Assembly: GCA_003250975.1 (NCBI GenBank)
Contig: QKIY01000009.1
Coordinates: forward strand, 30,727 to 94,726
Length of the DNA stretch: 64,000 nucleotides
Direction: 5' to 3'
From: Gammaproteobacteria bacterium
GTDB lineage: Bacteria; Pseudomonadota; Gammaproteobacteria; Eutrophobiales; Eutrophobiaceae
Below are positions 10,000-19,212 of the stretch, piece by piece (the first letter of the stretch is position 1; the number at the start of each line of letters is the position of its first letter). A model generated the notes under the pieces. The model was not told the DNA's origin, did no database searches, and saw only the letters and a program-made list of their open reading frames with translations. The position numbers and the translations under genes are program-made.

Positions 10000-10574
10000 T
10001 GGTCTTTTACCTGTTTTAATTCTTTATAACGAAAACAGCACGTTAAATGATCATTCACCAAGCCAACAGCTTGCATGAAAGCATAACATATTGTCGGGCC
10101 AACAAAGGTAAATCCCCGGTGTTTCAGGTCATCCGACAGTTGCCGGGACTGCGGGGTTGATGCCGGTACGTCCCGCAAGGTCTTCCAACGATTCAATACA
10201 GGTCTGCCATCAGTAAACCCCCACAGGTACCGGGCGAATGTACCGTATTCACTGCGCACTTTTTTAAACGCCTTGGCATTCCTCACAGCAGCCCGGACCT
10301 TGAGCTCGTTCCGGACGATGCCGGGGTTTGCCAATATCCGCTTTATCTCCCGTTCACCGTATTCAGCGACCTTGTTGAAATCAAACCAGTCAAAAGCTGC
10401 GCGGTAGGCCGGACGCTTTCTGAGGATCGTTATCCAGCTTAGACCCGCCTGAGCACCCTCAAGAATCAGGAATTCGAATAATTTACGGTCGGAATGCACC
10501 GGCACAGCCCATTCCCTGTCATGGTAGCGCGTATAAAGAGGGTCCCCTTCACACCAGCTGCATCGTACTTTCAT
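9996..10574 (-). CDS. tag: DNA-3-methyladenine glycosylase I (Tag).
   Basis: The 192-aa protein begins MKVRCSWCEGDPLYTRYHDREWAVPVHSD...FEFLILEGAQAGLSW, the Tag family signature including Zn-binding Cys and His residues. Confidence 0.9.
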   Translation of the reverse strand: MKVRCSWCEGDPLYTRYHDREWAVPVHSDRKLFEFLILEGAQAGLSWITILRKRPAYRAAFDWFDFNKVAEYGEREIKRILANPGIVRNELKVRAAVRNAKAFKKVRSEYGTFARYLWGFTDGRPVLNRWKTLRDVPASTPQSRQLSDDLKHRGFTFVGPTICYAFMQAVGLVNDHLTCCFRYKELKQVKDQ

Positions 10575-10704
10575 AAATCAATATAATTATTTATTAATCA
10601 GATAGATATGTATACATGAGAACCAGAGAAAATCAATGATGCAGCGCACAATATTTTAGGTTAAAATAATACTAATATTTTCTCTGTCATGAGGTAGCCG
10701 GATT

Positions 10705-11523
10705 ATGGAAATTCAAGACAAAGTTGCGGTAATCACGGGCGCAGCCAGTGGTATTGGCCACGCCGTATGCCTGGAACTGGCATCAAAGGGCATCAAGGCC
10801 ATTGCGATGATTGACATGAATGAAGAGGTCAAGACCGCGGCAGAGCAGATCAATCGTGAGGCCGGGCGTGAGGTTGCCGTTCCCTTTATCGGTGATACCA
10901 CCAATGAAAAATTCAGATGTAATGTTTTTGATTCCATCTCAAAAGACTACGGTACTGTTAGCATCTGTGTGCCCTGCGCAGGTATTACGCGTGACGCATT
11001 GGCCGTAAGGATGAACAAGGATAGCGGCAAGGCGGAGATCTATTCTATTGATAAGTTCCGGCAGGTTGTTGAAGTAAACCTGATCGCCCCTGTTTACTGG
11101 GTCATGGAAATGATCGCAAGAATCGCAGAAGATAGGCATAGTAAAGGCCTGAAAAAATGGCATCCGGATGAAAGGATACAAGGTACCGCAATATTCATCG
11201 GTTCAATCTCGTCACAGGGAAATAAAGGCCAAGTTTCCTATGCAAGCACCAAGGCAGGGCTGGAAGGCGCAGCCGCCACGCTGACCAAGGAAGCAATTTT
11301 CCATGGCGTGCGCTGCGGTGTGATTCACCCTGGCTTTACCGATACCCCGATGGTGCGCGCCCTGGGCGAAGAATACATAGAGAAAAACATTCTCAAGGAT
11401 ACTCAGTTGGGTCGCTTGATTCGCCCGACGGAGATCGCGGACGCTATCTGTTTCATGATCGCTAATTCGGCGGTGAGTGGGGAACTCTGGGCGGACGCGG
11501 GCTGGCACCCCACCCCAGCCTAA
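10705..11523 (+). CDS. SDR family short-chain dehydrogenase/reductase.
   Basis: The protein has the TGAASGIG cofactor-binding motif, a YASTK catalytic motif and a GAGG RBS upstream. Confidence 0.85.
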   Translation: MEIQDKVAVITGAASGIGHAVCLELASKGIKAIAMIDMNEEVKTAAEQINREAGREVAVPFIGDTTNEKFRCNVFDSISKDYGTVSICVPCAGITRDALAVRMNKDSGKAEIYSIDKFRQVVEVNLIAPVYWVMEMIARIAEDRHSKGLKKWHPDERIQGTAIFIGSISSQGNKGQVSYASTKAGLEGAAATLTKEAIFHGVRCGVIHPGFTDTPMVRALGEEYIEKNILKDTQLGRLIRPTEIADAICFMIANSAVSGELWADAGWHPTPA

Positions 11524-12008
11524 TCCTGCTTCCGGTCAGGGGTTGCAGCAAGGTACTTTTCCATAAAATAGAGCTTGAATGCGAGTTCACGATAAAGTTT
11601 CTCCTGCTCCCTGACTGTTTTAAATCCCTTTTGGGTGAAGAAAGGTCGTGCGGTAATACTTATGTCCGCGAACAATCGCTTGTATTGATGTTTCTCCGCC
11701 TCTTTCTCAACAGTCTGCAGTAACTTTGAACCTACCCCACGACGTTGCCATTCATGGTGGACATAAAAACAGTCAATGTGGCCCGGATACTGGAATTCGC
11801 AGAAACCTACAACCTGACCATCCTCTTCCGCCACAAATACGGTGTAGTTATCAAAACGCCTGGCCCAGAATGCGTCTTCATAGACCTCCGGGGCCCATAC
11901 GGCCACCTGCTCAGGGGAATAGTCCCTGCTGTTTATATTGCGGACCGTATCAAAATAGAGCTTTGATATCTGTGGTAAATCACTGTCCTTAAATTCTCGA
12001 ATAACCAT
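11520..12008 (-). CDS. GNAT family N-acetyltransferase.
   Basis: The 162-aa protein has the HEWQRRGVGSKLL acetyl-CoA motif. It overlaps the SDR stop (convergent). Confidence 0.8.
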   Translation of the reverse strand: MVIREFKDSDLPQISKLYFDTVRNINSRDYSPEQVAVWAPEVYEDAFWARRFDNYTVFVAEEDGQVVGFCEFQYPGHIDCFYVHHEWQRRGVGSKLLQTVEKEAEKHQYKRLFADISITARPFFTQKGFKTVREQEKLYRELAFKLYFMEKYLAATPDRKQD

Positions 12009-12169
12009 AAAAAATTGAACTTGGGTGAATCAGGAATATCTACTTTATGATATTATAAAAATAATATTAAACTTCTGCGTTCTTTTCATCGTACATAATG
12101 CATAAACATAGAACATATTACCGTTAAAAGAATCATGCAACAGATATAATTCCAAACAGAGATGTCATA

Positions 12170-12697
12170 ATGAGCGAAAATAATTCAAATCCGGGGGGTG
12201 TCATTATCTGGCAGGCCGTTGCCATACTTATTGATGGCAATAACATAGAACGCAGTATTCATACTGAAGCTGATGACAAAAACGCCATGTTGAATTTTGA
12301 CGTGCTGATACCGCGTCTCCTGGACAACCGTGGCCTCAGCCGGCTGGTCTATTTCCGTGAAGGGGTGAATATTTCAAGTAAGCTCCAGGAACGGTTACAT
12401 AATTATTATCATGGCTCTGTACGCCCATGTCATAAAAGCGCTGATATTCCTCTGACCATCAATGCCATACAGGTAGCAGACAAGGTGGACACCATCATTA
12501 TCATGTCGGGTGATTCGGATTATATTGAACTGGTCAGGCAACTACATTCTATTGGTGTGCGTGTTGAAATCGCGGCCGTACCCAGCACGACTTCCAATCT
12601 GCTGATCGATGAAGCCGACTATTTTCACGAAATTACCAGTGATGACTGGTTTACCCTACCACCCAAAAAACCTCATAAGAAACACCGTTTCAAATAA
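12170..12697 (+). CDS. NYN/LabA-like domain protein (predicted RNase of the PIN-like superfamily).
   Basis: The protein has the NYN motifs LIDGNN near the N-terminus and IIMSGDSDY. It is a stand-alone gene. Confidence 0.7.
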   Translation: MSENNSNPGGVIIWQAVAILIDGNNIERSIHTEADDKNAMLNFDVLIPRLLDNRGLSRLVYFREGVNISSKLQERLHNYYHGSVRPCHKSADIPLTINAIQVADKVDTIIIMSGDSDYIELVRQLHSIGVRVEIAAVPSTTSNLLIDEADYFHEITSDDWFTLPPKKPHKKHRFK

Positions 12698-12892
12698 ATG
12701 ATCACAATAACAAGTTGATCACCATTCAGGTCCTTGCGCGGAATTAGGGTGGAATAATTTCACCATCAGAGGCATAGTGAACAGTCTGTAAACGACACGC
12801 TCTCGCCCTGTCTGAACCCTGTCCTTTACAAAAGTCGCTTAATGGCCTGAATAGCTGGTCAAAATTTAATACACATAATCCGGAGAAGCTCT

Positions 12893-13375
12893 ATGCAAGT
12901 GAAGAAACACAAGGTTGCGACCATCAACTATGTGCTTACGGATGAAGAAGGCAACACCATCGACCAATCAAACGATGGCAATTTTGCCTATATCCACGGA
13001 ACCAACAGCATCATCCCCGGCCTTGAAAATGCGATTGAAGGTAAAAAGGCAGGCGACAAAATGGATGTCAGCATCGCCCCGGGAGACGCCTACGGTGAAC
13101 GCCATCTGGAAAACATCCAGAAGGTTTCACGCTCAATGTTCCCTCCTGATATGGAATTGCAGACGGGTATGCAGTTCCAGGCCCAGGCTGCAGAGGGACA
13201 ACCCATAATACTTACCATTACTTCCATTGAAGGAGATGAAGTGGTCGTTGATGGCAACCATCCCCTCGCGGGCAAACAGTTAAATTTCTCGGTTGAGGTC
13301 GTAGATGTGCGTGATGCGACTGAAACAGAGATCCAGCACGGGCATGTACATGGCTCCGGCGATGAAGATCACTAG
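12893..13375 (+). CDS. slyD: FKBP-type peptidyl-prolyl cis-trans isomerase SlyD.
   Basis: The protein has an FKBP fold with an inserted IF domain and a His/Asp/Glu-rich metal-binding tail (HGHVHGSGDEDH). A GGAGAAG RBS is present. Confidence 0.85.
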   Translation: MQVKKHKVATINYVLTDEEGNTIDQSNDGNFAYIHGTNSIIPGLENAIEGKKAGDKMDVSIAPGDAYGERHLENIQKVSRSMFPPDMELQTGMQFQAQAAEGQPIILTITSIEGDEVVVDGNHPLAGKQLNFSVEVVDVRDATETEIQHGHVHGSGDEDH

Positions 13376-13403
13376 TTAACCCCATTCAGTATGACATCCC
13401 GTT

Positions 13404-14270
13404 ATGCTGAAAACGAGACAACTTGGTAAAACCGGTAAATCAGTCACCGCGATTGGACTTGGCGCCATGCCTCTGTCCCTAGCCAACCGGCCGGACGAGA
13501 AAACAGCCATCGAAGTCATCCGTGTCTTTATCGACCTTGGTGGAAATTTTATTGATACTGCCAATGTCTACTGTAAGGATAATTCTGATGTTGGCCATAA
13601 CGAACGTCTGATACAAAAAGCGTTGAAGACCGCTGGAAAGACCGGCGAGATAATTATCGCCACCAAGGGCGGGCTCAGGCGACCAAAGGGACGATGGGAA
13701 ACCGATGCAAGTCCAGCGTGGTTAAGGACTTCCTGCGAACGCAGCCTGCTCGATCTGGATACGGACAGTATTTTCCTTTACCAGTTACATGCCCCCGACC
13801 CCAGAGTATCCCTGATCGAATCGGTGGGTGAGCTTCTGAGACTCAGGGAGGAAGGCAAGATTCAGCATATTGGCCTTTCGAATGTAAACACCCACGAGAT
13901 CCTCGCCGCGCTTACTATTGCACCGATCACCTCGGTACAAAACCGATGTAACTTTCTCGAAAGGAAGTCCTTTACCAATGGCGTTATCGAACTCTGCGTG
14001 GAAAAGAATATCACCTTCATTGCACACAGCCCGGTAGGTGGACATTTTGACCACGGCAAACTGGCAACAAACAGGACACTGATGAAGCTGGCCCAGGAAC
14101 ACGGTGCTAGCCCTTATGAGATCGCCCTGGCTTGGTTGCTCGCCAGTGGTGAACATATTCTGCCGATCCCCGGGGCAAGTAAAGTCAGCAGCATCACCAG
14201 TAGCCTAAAATCAATGGATATCACGTTATCACACAGCGATTTTCGCCTTCTGAATCAAGTCGATATCTGA
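13404..14270 (+). CDS. Aldo/keto reductase family oxidoreductase.
   Basis: The protein has AKR motifs (GLGAMPLS, IIIATKGG, QHIGLSNV). Confidence 0.85.
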   Translation: MLKTRQLGKTGKSVTAIGLGAMPLSLANRPDEKTAIEVIRVFIDLGGNFIDTANVYCKDNSDVGHNERLIQKALKTAGKTGEIIIATKGGLRRPKGRWETDASPAWLRTSCERSLLDLDTDSIFLYQLHAPDPRVSLIESVGELLRLREEGKIQHIGLSNVNTHEILAALTIAPITSVQNRCNFLERKSFTNGVIELCVEKNITFIAHSPVGGHFDHGKLATNRTLMKLAQEHGASPYEIALAWLLASGEHILPIPGASKVSSITSSLKSMDITLSHSDFRLLNQVDI

Positions 14271-14281
14271 CACTAAATTAA

Positions 14282-15187
14282 TCAGTATCTTGCTTCCGCT
14301 TCCACAAAGATACGTTTTACCAGGGGAAATTTCTTTTTGATTTCCCGGTCAAGCTCAGCAACCACTCTTTCTATTTCATCTCCGCTCACCGGATCTACGA
14401 AATCCACGCTGATATTTACAAGGATGAAATCAGGCCCCATATGCATGGTGAGTATTTCATTAAGATGATCAATCTGCGGAAATGAAGCGGCCAGTTCCTT
14501 GATGCCTTCTATCACATGGATGTTTGCACGCTCGCCAATCAGAAGCCCTTTTGTTTCATACGCCAGCCAGGCAGCTGTAGTTGCCAGGATCAAGCCGATA
14601 ATGATTGAAGCAATTCCATCGAAGAAATACAGCCCTGTCGTCTGGGCGATAATATTTGCCGCCAGGGCCACGACCAGTCCCAGCAATGCCGCTGAATCCT
14701 CGAACAATACAACAAACATGGAGGGGTCCTTGCCCCTGTGCACGGCCTCAAAATAACCCCATTCACCCTTGCTATACTGAAATTCCCTAAGGGCAAAAAA
14801 CCAGGCCGCACCTTCGAATATAATTGCCAGACCAAGGACAACATAGTTGACGATTATATTTGTGATAGGCCCGGGACTGTACAGGCGATGAATACCTTCA
14901 TAAATGGAAACACCTGCACCGACAGCAAAGATCATGATTGCAACCACGAAACTCCAGAAATAAATTTCCTTGCCGTGACCAAAGGGGAAGCGTTCATTTG
15001 CTGGAAGTTTGGATCGCTTCAATCCATATAGCAGCAAGATCTGGTTGCCGGTATCAACCAGTGAGTGTATCCCTTCTGAAAACATGGCGGAACTTGATGT
15101 TATCCAGGCGGCAACAAATTTTGTTATGGCGATGAGCGTATTGCCCAGTAATGCAGCGTAAATTACCAGCTTGCGGGATGAATGCAT
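14282..15187 (-). CDS. Cation diffusion facilitator (CDF) family metal efflux transporter (FieF/CzcD-like).
   Basis: The protein has six TM segments with the HSLVDTGNQ and H...D metal-site motifs and a C-terminal cytoplasmic domain. Confidence 0.85.
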   Translation of the reverse strand: MHSSRKLVIYAALLGNTLIAITKFVAAWITSSSAMFSEGIHSLVDTGNQILLLYGLKRSKLPANERFPFGHGKEIYFWSFVVAIMIFAVGAGVSIYEGIHRLYSPGPITNIIVNYVVLGLAIIFEGAAWFFALREFQYSKGEWGYFEAVHRGKDPSMFVVLFEDSAALLGLVVALAANIIAQTTGLYFFDGIASIIIGLILATTAAWLAYETKGLLIGERANIHVIEGIKELAASFPQIDHLNEILTMHMGPDFILVNISVDFVDPVSGDEIERVVAELDREIKKKFPLVKRIFVEAEARY

Positions 15188-15243
15188 AAATAAACCCCTT
15201 GCCTGGAAAAATCAGAAATATAGTTGAATAATAATAAGCGTTT

Positions 15244-15672
15244 TTATTGACACAAAGCCGGGGTCAACTCTCTTGACATCCGCGCTGTACATTTCCACTT
15301 GATCATGTCATCAAACAGCGATGGTGACAGGTAGACAACCGCATTGTCTATATCTGGCGGGGCGCCATCCGTTCTGTTTGCAGAAAAATGTATGCTGATT
15401 ACACCAGGCCCATCTTCGCCAACCGTTATCGAATCCACGGCTGTCCTGTCAAAACCCACCTTAACCGTTATCCTTTCCTTTGCAAGGTCATCTTTTCCCG
15501 GAAACGCCTGTGTACGGCTGACATACTCCGCGACTGCAGCCTTGTAGGGTTGCGCCAGCGAGATACCTTTCAGTACCCAAAGCTTATCCCTTGTGGATTT
15601 TGAGGGAGAGAACAGCCAGGCAACTATCACAATAAAAAGGATAAAAAACATGAAATTCAGTTGTTTCTTCAC
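15244..15672 (-). CDS. Pilin-fold hypothetical protein lacking a prepilin (G|FTLIE) leader.
   Basis: The protein has a GTG start with an AAAGG RBS and an N-terminal hydrophobic anchor (MKKQLNFMFFILFIVIVAWLF). Its globular part resembles the type IV pilin head (YKAAVAEYVSRTQAFPG), and it has a C-terminal WKC...C disulfide loop like the pilin D-region. Confidence 0.4.
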   Translation of the reverse strand: MKKQLNFMFFILFIVIVAWLFSPSKSTRDKLWVLKGISLAQPYKAAVAEYVSRTQAFPGKDDLAKERITVKVGFDRTAVDSITVGEDGPGVISIHFSANRTDGAPPDIDNAVVYLSPSLFDDMIKWKCTARMSRELTPALCQ

Positions 15673-15822
15673 ATCATGACCTTTCTGTATTCAGATAGTC
15701 TTCTATTTCCCTTTAATAATAGGACCACATCTTCCGAGTGTGAAGACAGGTTGACGGTTGAATTGTTTGATAACTGTAATCATAGGCTGCTGAAATCGTG
15801 AACAGGTTAACTTTTACTGCAG

Positions 15823-18800
15823 TTACTTTACCCTGTTTAACAAAGTCAATTCACGCCAGGCCTGCAACAGCGGAAAATAAAGACCCAGTCTTGTCGGTTT
15901 GTCCTCCAAAGCCTGCATCAATCGGGCATACCTGTTGAGCTGGGGCATATAACGCTCCTCTTCCTGTTCGAGAAATGTGTTCAGGTCGGTCCCTTCGTGA
16001 CGGCTGGTCTTGTAGTCGATGATCCAACGATTGCCTTCCTTATCAATAAAGGTGCGGTCCAGGACGACGTTGACTATACAATTATCGATCACGCCCGTGA
16101 CCGGTAATTCACAGGCGCCTGCCTCATGTTCACCTCCGAGAATCCAGCGGCCGCGCTCATCGTCAAGGGTTCTTAGTAAAGCGGCTTCTACATTATCCGT
16201 TGCCCAGGAAAGGTCCGTATCCGGTACACCGTAACGCTTCAGTGCACTTACAAGTCGAAACCGCTGTGAAGTGATATATGACGCGGTCCACAACGCCAGG
16301 CCCTCTTCTGCCATGAGCTGTAGGTAGCGGTGAACGACACTCCCGATATGCTTAATGGTCTCCCCTGCCCATTCGTACTCCGGCAAGGCATCCGGCAATT
16401 GTTGTTGTTCGAAGACCTGAATTGTGTCGATTTCAGGCGGGGGCCCAGGTAATTGCCAGTCGCATGGTAACCTTCGCAGGCAGTTGAATTCGATTACTCC
16501 TGAATCGCCTTCCCCGTTTTCAACCGGCATAAGATTTTCCACCAGTTTTATATACTCCTGTTCAAGTACCGGCCAGAGATGTCTTAACAGAGAGTTTTTT
16601 GCGGGCTGGTTGAAGCCTGCCTTTTCGTGATCGTATTGAATTGAAGTAAAGAGATGAAGTTTGTTCCTTGGCCGTGTTGCCGCAACATAAAGCAAACGGC
16701 CCAGCTCATGGTCCTGCTTCTGGTTCTCGAGCAGATTCAGGTAATCATAAAACGGTGACCGGGTCTGGCCCGCCTGCTTTACCGGCGCCAGCAACAGGTC
16801 CTTGTGACCATGATGCGGTGACTCTGCCCAGGTCAGCAAGCGTGCTTCGTTGTTCCTTCCGCGCCGCTCCAGTGAAGGCACGATTACCTGGTCAAACTCC
16901 AGACCCTTGGCCTTGTGTATCGTCATAATCTGAAGGCTGTCATCGGCATGGACATCCGCTGCAGCAAACAGTTTGCCGACCTGTTCCTCAAACCGTAGCC
17001 TGTCTGACAGGCTGCCACCCTCATCATACTGTTCGAGCAGCTCGAAGAATTCACCGGCATTTTCCAAATCAGACTCATCATTCAGTGTGGCGGGACCACC
17101 GAGACCCAGCCATACTGATTCTACGGTCCTCCGTAACGACCTGCGGCCCTGTTGTGTTAATGCCTGTTCCAGGACGCTCTTAACGCGCAGTAGCCGTTGG
17201 CGCCCTTCTTCCGGCAGGAGGTCCAGCCTGACAGGGGAATGCATGCACTCCCAAACTGTCTTTTGTTGGTCCCCGTTGGTCAGTAACAGCAGGTCATCCA
17301 GAGACAGGCCGCACCAGGGTGCGCGCAGGATGGCAAGCCAGGCAATTCGGTCAGCCAGGTGATCCAGAGCCCTGGTCAGCGCCAGGAGGTCCTGTATCGC
17401 TGGACGCTGCCCCAGTTCATCAATCTCCACCGCCTTAAAGCGCAATCCCGCAGCCTTCAGGGCCGGGGTTATCTCCAGCAAATGATTGCGGTTACGAACC
17501 AGTATGGCAATGCGCTGAGCAGGGTCTTCCTGTCTGGCTGACTGGATCAGTTGCACGATCTGCCGCCCCTCCTCAACCGCACTGGCGGCAAGGTGCGGGC
17601 AGACCGCCCTGGTCCCCACTACCGAATGAAAGGCAACCGCACTGGCATAACTGACGGCACCACGGGTACTATCGGCGACTTCCGGCAGGATATGGCTGAA
17701 TGCATCGTTCACCCAGTCGACGACACCGGCCTGTGAGCGGAAATTGACCCTGATATTCAGCGGCACCAGGGAAACCTGCCCGAGGCGTTTTTGTTCCCAT
17801 GTATCAAGAAACAGGCCCACCTCGGCCTCCCTGAAGCGATAGATGGATTGCATGGGATCGCCCACCAGGAAGAGGCTGTGGCCATCACCGTGCGACCAGC
17901 CTGCCGTCAGCCTTTCGACGAGTTCATACTGGTTAACGGAGACATCCTGGAATTCATCGATCAGAAGGTGTCTGATCCGGTAATCAAGCCGCAGGGCAAG
18001 GTCCGTTGGTGTATCTTCTTGACCTAGGGCCTGTATGGCGGCCCGCGTAATACCGGTAAAGTCTATCTGGTTACGCTCCCCGAACAGCACGCTCAGATGG
18101 GCATCGGCCAGTTTCAGGAGTTCGCACAGGGCCCTGACCACCTGCCAGTCGGCATCTGTGTAATGCAGGGGAGGCAGGCAACGGATATCAGTCAGTTGAG
18201 ATAACAGCTCTTCGTCACCGGAGAGCCGGGACAACAGCGCCTGGACCCCGTCCTTCATCCGCTTGCGAATCTCTCCCTCTGCTGTCTTGTCGGCCGCCGG
18301 AAAACCGGTCTGTTTATTGACCTGCTTGCGCCATGTATTGCTGGTCGTCAGGCAGAGCTCGGAGATTGCCAGCCAGGGTGGTAGATCCGTAACCGTGAAA
18401 CCGGGGAACGCCTTGATTTCTCTACAGTGAGTAATCACCGAGTCCGATCCCTCTGCGGCAAGATTGCCCGCCGCAAAGCGGAGATACCCCAGCATCTCTT
18501 CCTGGTATTCGGCCGGGAAAAGCGTCAGGGCAATCTCCAGCGTGGCCTCTATGGCATGTCCGAATGCAGACTCCAGGGTGTCACGATCAATATTGCCCGC
18601 GATATGACGCAACCACTGATCGCGTCTCGCCAGCATTTCGGCGAGCATATTCCTGGCAACGACCAAGTTATTATCCAGATGGGCGAGTAATACAGCGATG
18701 TCATCGGACCAGTGTTCACCACTTTCAAGCTCCGCCAGGGTATTGACCGAGGCCTGCAGATACAACTCACTGGCGTCATCCAGCAATTCGGGTTGAGCCC

Positions 18801-19212
18801 CGAGCCCGGCAAGTACCGGCATCTGCCGGACCAGCCAGCCACAGAGCGAATCGATTGTCTGGATCCGCAGACGGCCCGGATTGTCTTCCAAGCGCCAGCC
18901 TTGTTCCCCGTCACGCTGCAATACGGCAAGGGCCAGTTCATCTGTCTGCCGCGTGGCGTCATCTCTTGGCTCAGTTCCGGCACGTGCGCGTTGTAGTGCA
19001 GATATAATACGCGCCTGCATCTCGGAGGCCGCCTTACGTGTAAATGTAATCGCGATGATTTCTTCCGGGTACTCAACAGTGTCCAGCAATCGCAGATACC
19101 GCTGGATCAGTAATTCTGTCTTGCCGGACCCGGCCGGTGCCTGGATGATGAACGAGGTATCCACTGCCAGCGCCTGCTGCCTTTCAGCCTGATCCATAAT
19201 CCTGTGTTTCAT
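15823..19212 (-). CDS. addA: AddA-type UvrD-family helicase with a C-terminal RecB-like nuclease domain (double-strand break repair).
   Basis: The 1129-aa protein has a Walker A motif (QAPAGSGKTE), UvrD/PcrA helicase motifs, and a C-terminal PD-(D/E)xK motif (VVLDRTFIDKEGNRWIIDYKTS). It overlaps the upstream addB stop as ATGA. Confidence 0.85.
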   Translation of the reverse strand: MKHRIMDQAERQQALAVDTSFIIQAPAGSGKTELLIQRYLRLLDTVEYPEEIIAITFTRKAASEMQARIISALQRARAGTEPRDDATRQTDELALAVLQRDGEQGWRLEDNPGRLRIQTIDSLCGWLVRQMPVLAGLGAQPELLDDASELYLQASVNTLAELESGEHWSDDIAVLLAHLDNNLVVARNMLAEMLARRDQWLRHIAGNIDRDTLESAFGHAIEATLEIALTLFPAEYQEEMLGYLRFAAGNLAAEGSDSVITHCREIKAFPGFTVTDLPPWLAISELCLTTSNTWRKQVNKQTGFPAADKTAEGEIRKRMKDGVQALLSRLSGDEELLSQLTDIRCLPPLHYTDADWQVVRALCELLKLADAHLSVLFGERNQIDFTGITRAAIQALGQEDTPTDLALRLDYRIRHLLIDEFQDVSVNQYELVERLTAGWSHGDGHSLFLVGDPMQSIYRFREAEVGLFLDTWEQKRLGQVSLVPLNIRVNFRSQAGVVDWVNDAFSHILPEVADSTRGAVSYASAVAFHSVVGTRAVCPHLAASAVEEGRQIVQLIQSARQEDPAQRIAILVRNRNHLLEITPALKAAGLRFKAVEIDELGQRPAIQDLLALTRALDHLADRIAWLAILRAPWCGLSLDDLLLLTNGDQQKTVWECMHSPVRLDLLPEEGRQRLLRVKSVLEQALTQQGRRSLRRTVESVWLGLGGPATLNDESDLENAGEFFELLEQYDEGGSLSDRLRFEEQVGKLFAAADVHADDSLQIMTIHKAKGLEFDQVIVPSLERRGRNNEARLLTWAESPHHGHKDLLLAPVKQAGQTRSPFYDYLNLLENQKQDHELGRLLYVAATRPRNKLHLFTSIQYDHEKAGFNQPAKNSLLRHLWPVLEQEYIKLVENLMPVENGEGDSGVIEFNCLRRLPCDWQLPGPPPEIDTIQVFEQQQLPDALPEYEWAGETIKHIGSVVHRYLQLMAEEGLALWTASYITSQRFRLVSALKRYGVPDTDLSWATDNVEAALLRTLDDERGRWILGGEHEAGACELPVTGVIDNCIVNVVLDRTFIDKEGNRWIIDYKTSRHEGTDLNTFLEQEEERYMPQLNRYARLMQALEDKPTRLGLYFPLLQAWRELTLLNRVK

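Noticed and set aside
12698-12892. TGATCA...TGATCA inverted repeat upstream of slyD, seen as a possible regulatory hairpin.
   Set aside because: It is only a 6-bp self-complementary hexamer pair with an 11-nt spacer and could easily arise by chance. There is no supporting T-run or known operator similarity.
16019-19192. Many 60-175-aa ORFs on both strands inside addA, and similar ones inside addB, cysG, the porin and the sensor kinase.
   Set aside because: They are fully embedded in strongly supported long CDSs and are Arg/Ser/Pro-rich, as is typical of off-frame GC-rich translation. None has independent support.
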